Positions 56,620-64,000 of a DNA stretch of 64,000 nt are shown piece after piece; position 1 is the first letter of the stretch; each line of letters begins with the position of its first letter. Location: assembly GCA_946965045.2 (NCBI GenBank), contig OX337233.1:3720001-3784000 (forward strand). Reading direction: 5' to 3'. The position numbers and the translations under genes are program-made. The stretch is from Epithemia pelagica. Taxonomy: Eukaryota; Protista; Bacillariophyta. Under the pieces are notes generated by a model. It was not told the origin of the DNA. It searched no databases and saw nothing but the letters and a program-made list of their open reading frames with translations.

Positions 56620-57150
56620 ATCCTCTTTGGAAGACGATTTAGATGCCTTGGATGATGGAACATGCAACACACAACAAACAGTGGGTGATCCAAGGTTGTT
56701 TCGCCAGTTGGTCTCACCAGACATGTAGTAGCTCACAGTGGAACATGAAACCGAACGACAGAAATGGCTCTGGAGGAAGGACTTTGCAGCTCTACAACAA
56801 ACAGTGGGTGATCCAAGGTGGTTTCGCCAGTTCACACCAGACATGTAGTAGCTCACGGTGGAGCATGGAACCGAACGACCGAGATGGCTCTGGATGAAGG
56901 ACTTTGCAGCTCTACGGCTGGTTCAGCCACTCAACTTGCTCCAGTGGAATGAGACACTGGCCGCGAACGCTGACTAGGGCGAATGATTATCATCTTTGGA
57001 AGACGATTTCATGGTTGTTTGATACGACAATCACATGCCTTTGATGATGGAACATGGAACACACAACAAACAGTGGGTCATCCGAGGTTTGGCCAGTCCC
57101 CACCAGACATGTGTGTGGTGTAGTAGCTCAAGGTGTGGAGCATGAACCAT
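56620..57150. repeat. Nested direct repeats (about 123-bp unit, three diverged copies near 56671, 56794 and 57063)
   Basis: Shared ACAACAAACAGTGGGT..ATCC...CACCAGACATGT..TAGCTCA. An upstream block TCTTTGGAAGACGATTT is also duplicated (about 56623 and 56994). Confidence 0.85.
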
Positions 57151-57183
57151 GAGTGGCACAAGGCATGACGCCATGACTCGGGT

Positions 57184-58535
57184 TTGGAACGACCGTCCCC
57201 CTGGTCGAATGGTCTCCGAATTTCGAAGGAGAATGTCACTTCTCCGACGCTAAGACATTCTGGCCTGCTGTCGTCACGGCTCTGGTCCTCGTCGTCGTCA
57301 TCATCGTCTTCGACCACTGCCACGGCGCCAGAAGGAGGAGGAGGAGGAGGAGAAGAGAAATCGGAGGAAGAAAAGGCACGCATCAAAGCAGAACGTGAGG
57401 CACGAAAGTAGGTTCCAAAAAAAGAGATTTGGCTTCCGACGAGTCTTGTGGCTGCCATTCTCACAATCCTCTGTCGTGTGTGTGTGTGTGTGTGTGTTGT
57501 TGTTGTTTTTGTTGTTGTTGTTTTTGTTATGGTTGTTGTGGTTGCAGAGCCGAAAAGGAACGTCTCAAACTGGAGAAAAAGGCCAAAAAGGAAGCCGAAC
57601 GACTCGCCCAAGAGGCGGCTGAAGCAATTCACGACGTTACGTATCTTTCCTACGACGAACAGGATACGTATGCCGCCGTGGGAAATCTCACACGTGTCAT
57701 GTCCCGCAGTCGAACGGGACGACCCTTTCAACAGGTATCCGATTTGGAACAAGCCAAAGCGGGAGACAAGGTATGGGTCCGTGGTCGGTTGAATTCGATT
57801 CGACTCAAGGGAGGATCTTGTTTTCTCGTCATTCGACAGGATGCCTTTCATACCGTCCAAATATGTTACTTTAAGAACAAGGAAGATCCCGAATCGTCCA
57901 AGAAAATGATCAAATACTTGAAATCTCTCACGCTCGAAAGTATTATTGACGTGGAAGGGACACTGGTGGAAGCCGACGTGCGGTCCTGTTCCATCAAACA
58001 CTTTGAAATTGCCCTCGAACGAGTCTATGGGGTATCCACTGCTAGCGCCATGTTGCCCTTTCTCGTGGAGGATGCGGCGCGATCGGAACAGGAAGTGGAG
58101 GAATCGCAAAACAATGAACGACCCTTTCCTCGTTTGGGTCAGGAAATACGATTGGATCATCGATGGATGGATTTGCGTGTCCCGGCCAACAATGCAATTA
58201 TGAGAATTCAATCGGCCGTTTGTCAACTCTTTCGAGAATCCTTGTACGCGCAAGGATTTTGTTAAATCCATACCCCCAAACTCATTGCGGGAGAAAGCGA
58301 AAGTGGAGCCGGTGTCTTTACGACCGATTACTTTGGCACCACGGCCTGTTTGGCCCAATCGCCCAATCGCCCCAACTCTACAAGCAAATGGCCATTTCGT
58401 CCGATTCGAATCGCGTCTTTGAAGTGGGACCCGTCTTTCGTGCCGAACAATCCCATACACGTCGTCACTTGTGTGAATTCACCGGTTTGGATCTCGAAAT
58501 GGCCATTAATGATCACTACATGGAAGCCTTCATCC
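57184..58535 (+). pseudogene. DARS: Truncated cytosolic aspartyl-tRNA synthetase pseudogene; intron 57408-57547 retained
   Basis: OB-fold [69 protein letters not shown]. Premature TAA at 58263-58265, 8-nt duplication GCCCAATC (58353-58368), ends after DHYMEA. Confidence 0.9.
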
Positions 58536-59172
58536 ACAACAACAACAACAACAACGATCACAAACGGAAGGACCGCAGGAGGATTCTCGCACGGCACTCG
58601 AGATCAAGAAGACACACTGTAGAGCAGGCCACCACCACTCTTCCATGGTTCTATATATATACGTATATACGGCATAGTCCACCTATGAGACAAACAGCCG
58701 ACACGATCGTATGGACCGGCATGCCACTCGTTCCGTGACGCATGGTGTTCTCCTTCGTCTTTGGTGCCAATCCGTCTTTGGATCGATCCCTATTATTAAT
58801 AGAGCTCGGCCAACGTGTGTGTGAGGCTCATGGGCCGCCAATCCTCTTGGATGGGAACCCAGGAGCGCAATGCCGAGAGACATTTTTTCTCTCGCTCTCT
58901 CACTTTCCTACTATTAGAGCCGAATGGTTGTCCGTTCCATCACACGGCCCCCACAAATCCTACTGGAGTGGAGGATAACGCGCTCAAGTTCCTGGAAGGA
59001 CTCTATCTTTATAGGTAATAGTATAGTCCAATCGACAAGGGCCTTGTGTGAATGGGTTTTCCAACACAGTGTGTGATTCGCTAGCGCTCTCCAATCGTTT
59101 CGGTGCTGGCGCATTGTGGTTTCTTCTTCTGGATTGGAACCAAGGAGCGATTCCAAGAGACATGCCTCTTTT

Positions 59173-60110
59173 TCACTTGTTTGCGTCGTTGTTGTTGTCG
59201 TCGTCGTTTTGGGCATGATGTTTGGACTTGTAATCCTTCCAAAAGGCGACATCCCGATAGGGTTCCTGATAATGCTCCAGATTGTCCGGAGGATGGTACC
59301 AATAATTGACGGCCAAGTGAATCGAATCGTCGTTCCGATTCTTGGTGGTTGTAGTGCGGGGCGTGGAGCCATTCGACGACAACACTGCAGACGTCGACGA
59401 CGAAAAGACGCAATGAAACCAACTCGCTGGTAAATACAAACATTGTCCCGCCTCCGACTGAACTTGCAAGGGTGGATCCAAATTAGGTAACTGGCCATTG
59501 GAGGGATAGGGATCAATGGTGGAAAAGTTGCAGGGACGTGGTCGTGATGATGATGTTGTTGTTGTTTGTTTCTGTGGTTTTGGTCCAATGGGTTCTTGTT
59601 CTTCTTCTGTTTCGTTTGGTGGCGGTGGTCTCAAGACCTGATGCTGTTCCTGGTCGCTCGGGAATTCCTCCTGTGGTCCAAGTTCTCGCATCTTCGTGTG
59701 GAGTTGTTGCATCATCATCATGGTTTGCTGCTTCAGGGCCACTGGATAATCGTCATTGTCACTGCTGACATAGTCAAAGCCCTTGCCCAATACCACTTCG
59801 TCCTCGTCGTCGTCCTCTTGTTCTTCACTATCATCCTCCTTGTCATTTTTCCATGAATCTTGTTTGTGGTCGTTGGAAACGTCCTTCTCTGGTTCTTGTT
59901 GTTGCTGTTGGACAAGTTTGGAGGGGTACCCCATCGGCTCGTGTGGGATTGCTCGTATAGGAACGCAGTCCATTGTCATGAATGCACTGCAAGGTTCCAT
60001 ACACGGGAATATTTGGAGTCTGAGGTGGATACAAGCAAAACCGTTTGTCTCCGGCATGCAACACATCGAAATTGTCGTGAAAATCATGATGCAAGCCACT
60101 GTTGGTGCAT
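59173..60110 (-). pseudogene. JmjC/cupin 2OG-Fe(II) oxygenase fragment with frameshift and missing N-terminus
   Basis: SGLHHDFHDN..LHAGDKRFCLYPP in one frame; AGQCLYLPASWFHCV and HLAVNYWYHPP in another. Frame changes near 59920. Confidence 0.72.
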
Positions 60111-60214
60111 GCAGCCTTGTAGTAGTAGGAGAGCGCGGAACTGCGTGTTTGTATCACACCCGAGTCGTTGTCGTCATGCTTGTTTCTGGTCCGAACGAAT
60201 GTATAGTGTTTGGA

Positions 60215-62077
60215 TTAGACAGACGAGACCATGGGAAGGGTGGTCGGAGGAGGAGGAGTCGCAGCAGCAGTAGCAGGAAGGGGTCCCACCCCCACCAACA
60301 GTGGCTTCTTCGTCGTGTGGTCCTGCCGTTGCTGTTGTGTTTCGGGTGAGGGTGTGGCCAAGGGAATGCCCGGAGACGACGACGATACCGTGACCGAAGG
60401 ACTCGGTTGTTGTTGGTGTGGTGGTTGTTTGAGAGGAAAATTGTACTGTGTTCCAGACGGTGGTGGTGAGGGTGTGGGCAGGTGTGTGGTACTGGCGACT
60501 GGAGAATTCTGCGCCAGGAGTGTGGAGGGTGATGGTGATACCGTGGTGGTGGTTTCGTGGGAGGCTGGAAACCAGGCGAGGATGCGAGCGGTATCACCCT
60601 GCCAAAACGCTTGATGCTTGTCCATGGATCGATGATAGACAATGGTACCGACGGTACTGCACAAGAGAAGATTGGCCAGCATGGCAATCCATTCCACCAT
60701 GGACCAGGGCCACAGGGTGGCGGACAACCACACGGCCAAGAACCAGACGCCAAAGCCAATCCACAAGCGACCATTTTGATGATGAGGTGTATATTCCTCG
60801 GTCAATAACAATTGCGGATAGCCCGATTTGGGTTCGTCCACGCGGTAGGTAATGTTCACCACTGGTAATGGTAAAGGTTGTGGTTGCTGTTCAGGATTGG
60901 AGAGTAGTACCGAGTCATCATGCCCCGCAGGAGGGCCAGTGTTGTGGTTTGGAGTGGAAGAATACCGTGGCGAATATTCTCCACCTTGTGGATTGGTACT
61001 CGACACGGGTGGTGGGGGTGCTGGTTGGTCCGAGGCCATGGAGGGTGGCACGAGAATGGCATTGTAATACAATTCGGGATGCACCTTGGGGAATTCCTTG
61101 ACAATACAGGCCATGACATTGGGCGATTGAATGACATGTCCATCGCTTCGAACATAACCGGGGGGTACATGAGCATGATACTGAACGACAATGGTATGCA
61201 AGGATCCCACAATCATACTGGAAGCCGCTGCCGCGGCTGCCGCATCGGCATCCCAGTGCATCAATCCATCGGGTGGTGGTAATTGCTGTTGTTGTGGTTG
61301 TGGTGGTGGTTGTGACGATTCGGGCCAGGCCCTGTAATTCATATGGGACGTGTTGGTTTCTGCATCTGTTGTGCCTGTTCCCGCGAGATCACAGGTCGTT
61401 GTGGCGGTTGGCAGACTGCCACAATAACTTTCCGGCGTCATGATGGGATCCCATCCATCAGTGTACCGATGCAAGACGACACCGGGTACCGTCACGACGC
61501 GACCCGCATTCGTCGACGAAGTATATTCCTGTTGCAGGGTATGCGCCGACCAATGGCGCATGCCGCCTTGGACCATCATGGCCACACCGAGTGCGGCAAT
61601 CAAACCCATCCAATACAAGCTGGAAAATTCCATGGCACACACGAGGTAGACAATCAAGACGACACTACTCCCACCCACTTGTTTGACCAACAAGTCCCAA
61701 CAATAATGACGCACCGAGGTGACTTCCATGTCGTCATCGTCATCATCATGGTCTGCGGCCGTAGCAGTCGTTGTAGGTTCGTCGCAAAAGACATCGTCTT
61801 GTGGTTGTGGTGGTTGTGGTTCCGGGTGTTGCATTCCAGGAGGTGGTTGCACCATGCGACTCCAGGATTTGCAGGGAGGATCGACCGGTCCTTGAAAATC
61901 CACTTCCTGCTGTTGTGATTGTTGCAGTGATTGTGACTGTGATTGGGGAGGTAGGTACGGCAAGTGCGTCGTCATCATGGTCTGTTTGTGTGTAGTAGTG
62001 TCTGTTGAGTAGTGAGTGTGATGGATGGACTTGACTGGAGTTGTTGAATGGGCCAGCCAAGAGCTCGATTCGGTCAA
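60215..62077 (-). CDS. Hypothetical membrane protein (620 aa) with two hydrophobic clusters and Pro/Gln-rich linkers
   Basis: Long ATG ORF; TM-like segments VVLIVYLVCAMEF..WMGLIAALGVAMMV and LWIGFGVWFLAVWL..WIAMLANLLLCSTVG. Confidence 0.55.
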   Translation of the reverse strand: MTESSSWLAHSTTPVKSIHHTHYSTDTTTHKQTMMTTHLPYLPPQSQSQSLQQSQQQEVDFQGPVDPPCKSWSRMVQPPPGMQHPEPQPPQPQDDVFCDEPTTTATAADHDDDDDDMEVTSVRHYCWDLLVKQVGGSSVVLIVYLVCAMEFSSLYWMGLIAALGVAMMVQGGMRHWSAHTLQQEYTSSTNAGRVVTVPGVVLHRYTDGWDPIMTPESYCGSLPTATTTCDLAGTGTTDAETNTSHMNYRAWPESSQPPPQPQQQQLPPPDGLMHWDADAAAAAAASSMIVGSLHTIVVQYHAHVPPGYVRSDGHVIQSPNVMACIVKEFPKVHPELYYNAILVPPSMASDQPAPPPPVSSTNPQGGEYSPRYSSTPNHNTGPPAGHDDSVLLSNPEQQPQPLPLPVVNITYRVDEPKSGYPQLLLTEEYTPHHQNGRLWIGFGVWFLAVWLSATLWPWSMVEWIAMLANLLLCSTVGTIVYHRSMDKHQAFWQGDTARILAWFPASHETTTTVSPSPSTLLAQNSPVASTTHLPTPSPPPSGTQYNFPLKQPPHQQQPSPSVTVSSSSPGIPLATPSPETQQQRQDHTTKKPLLVGVGPLPATAAATPPPPTTLPMVSSV

Positions 62078-63261
62078 TTAAAGCTTTGACAGTTGCTGTT
62101 GTTGTGATGGTGAACCAAATCACTGTTGATTGATTCCGCCAACTTGTCTAGCGACACCTGAACGCAGCAGTGAAAAGAGAGAGAGAGAGAACGAGCGAGA
62201 GACAATCGAGATGGGTTCTTCTCTTTGTTATCGCTCTTGACTATACTCTCTAGTACGAGTGGAACGATTGGTCTCGAGAGACGATCGTTCCGCTGTCTCG
62301 TGTGATCTTCTCCCACCGAGTCTCGGATGTGGTGTCTGTTCTGGTTCGAGAACCCACACACAAACGAGGTGCAACAAGCAATCTCTATTATGAGAGACAC
62401 TATCGTTTGTTTGCTTTTTCAGAAAAGGTTGGAGCAACTTTTCCTTTTTCGCAAATCACCGTTCCTAACTGGAGCGAGCCGACCTTCCCGATCCAAGATT
62501 GGGGCCTCGTGCCTGTCACCGCACCTCGGACAACGGACAACGACATACGAGTACTACAAAGGGTTAAGTGACTCTCTCGGATGCCTTTGCCATAAGTATT
62601 CTATTTAGGGATGCGCCCAACGGAATGTGCACCGATAAGTACCAGTTTCCCTAATTTGGCGCGTGCGCACATACGTGACGACCGACCGTCGTCCGTCATG
62701 GGTCATCCACGACCCGCATTATCAGGACTGGAATACTGGAAACTACTCAACTATCTACTCCTACCTACTCAGTACGATGGAGAGCGAAGAAGGAATGGGT
62801 GTGATTCTCCTGTTTGATTGCCATGGTGCCAAGTCTTCCAGGCTACAGGAAAAGGGCCCAAGACGACGACACCCACAAAACTAGATTTCCAATTAAAAGG
62901 TCAGATTAATAGTATCCTATATAATATACGAATGGCAGTAGATGCGAGAAATGGTCGCGTTTGTGAGCGAGGATTTAGCGAGACATAGACCTCTAGGCTA
63001 GAGGATCCTAATAGTCCCTCTTTATGATTACGAGTCTTTAACATGACCGATCTTTGGTTTATCAGACCCAAGACTCTGAGCCATGACGAAAGGATGAGAA
63101 AGCTAAGCTTGCACAATGGCCTGGGAAGGTAGTGAAAATATCTGGATCGGACTAAGTATGTCCCTATGATCCGCCCATATGGTCAACCTTTCGAGGATTG
63201 TTCTTCTGGTACTAATTATACTGGGGACTACGTCAGGAACATACTCCCTGAACTCAGCTTG

Positions 63262-63287
63262 TACGAAAGTTGGCGCCAACTTTCGTA
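63262..63287. other. Perfect 26-bp palindrome TACGAAAGTTGGCGCCAACTTTCGTA
   Basis: Self-complementary. The core CGAAAGTTG recurs at 63292 and inverted near 63352. Confidence 0.9.
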
Positions 63288-64000
63288 GCCCCGAAAGTTG
63301 ATACCCGGATATAAGAGGTAATTTTGATGATTATGATGACGTGTCACCTTTCAACTTTCGTTTCGTAGAGGCTTAAGGGTCAGCCTAAGGTTGAAGTCAA
63401 AGATGTAGTTGTTTTGTTCTTGGTTGGTAGCTGGTCGATCGTATTTTTCGACGTGCCCCTTGCCCATTTGTTTTTTGTTGTTGGTTGGTTGGTTCCTCTG
63501 GTCACTCTACAAAAATGCCTACGAAACGAAGCCATAAAGAGGAGCACCACTTATTGCAGGAGGTGCACATTATTGAAGCAACGGCCAAAGAGGTGGCTCA
63601 TGGTATTGTGGTGGTGACTGACAGTTCGACTCGATGATTTTGTGGATCTCGGATCGAGCTCCCAAAAGAGTTGCAGGCTGACCACACCCTCCAGTCGTCA
63701 TCTTTTTGTTGTGGATGTTGGTAGGACAATGAAAAAGAAAAGCATCTTGTGACGACGACAACACTGTGTCGTCGAGAGGCATTCAAATCAGAGTATCTGG
63801 TGGGTCGTTGCCATGGAATCGTCTTGCCTCAATGTCGTTGTTCTCGTCGTTGGAATCGAGATCGTGTACAGCAGCGGTCCGACTCGATGACGAAAGGGAC
63901 TGCCAGAATAATCAAGGTAGATGTTGTTTCGGAGTAGTTGTTGTTGTCGTCCACCAAATGGTGGTCGAGGGGTCAAAAGGCAAAAGGCATCTTGCTCGTC

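Noticed and set aside
56620-57150. CRISPR-like array
   Set aside because: Units are about 123 bp, diverged, without unique spacers, in a eukaryotic context with no cas genes.
57078-58460. 460-aa minus-strand ORF, and similar long antisense ORFs such as 16064-17041, 24033-25070, 33283-34524, 44107-45150, 49545-50594
   Set aside because: They are shadows of real genes on the other strand, with codon-bias-driven lack of stops and no motifs.
63075-63100. Hammerhead-like ribozyme (ATGACGAAAGG, also near 63885)
   Set aside because: No CUGAnGA core or flanking stems in the required arrangement.
63000-63110. Functional tRNA-Ile gene on the minus strand
   Set aside because: Only the anticodon arm fits. 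The D-loop would be about 3 nt, and there is no TTCRA T-loop or acceptor stem. Kept only as a PBS-like or tRNA-like relic.

Overview
Eukaryotic nuclear DNA, most likely a pennate diatom: there is an Lhcf/FCP gene with an AFAP-type bipartite targeting peptide, short GT-AG introns and CoDi-type Ty1/copia elements. Host genes are a Kelch tandem pair, TTC1-like TPR, Lhcf, TAZ zinc finger, TFIIH p44/SSL1, a tandem-SET protein with an N-terminal hydrophobic segment, a glycerol kinase-like gene, threonine dehydratase, a second TPR protein and proteasome beta-4 (PSMB2). Several decayed gene copies are also present (glycerol kinase, AspRS, JmjC). Two full-length, recently inserted Ty1/copia LTR retrotransposons with identical LTRs dominate the window. 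Element A (6694-12999, +) disrupts the second Kelch gene. It has no tRNA-type primer-binding site (PBS). The 14 nt right after the 5' LTR are instead the exact reverse complement of a 14-mer at an Inr-like site inside its own LTR, with a U5 stem-loop between them. This is a Tf1-like self-priming layout in a copia element and is the strongest candidate for a novel system here. Element A also has an extra ORF upstream of gag. Element B (34593-41901, -) has a PBS matching a tRNA-Ile-like anticodon arm (half-tRNA priming), gag and pol in one frame separated by a single UGA with a predicted 3' stem, a chromodomain-like module, a 4-bp TSD and a 159-bp piece of gag copied into its leader. All family assignments come from motifs recognised by eye; no searches or folding computations were run.
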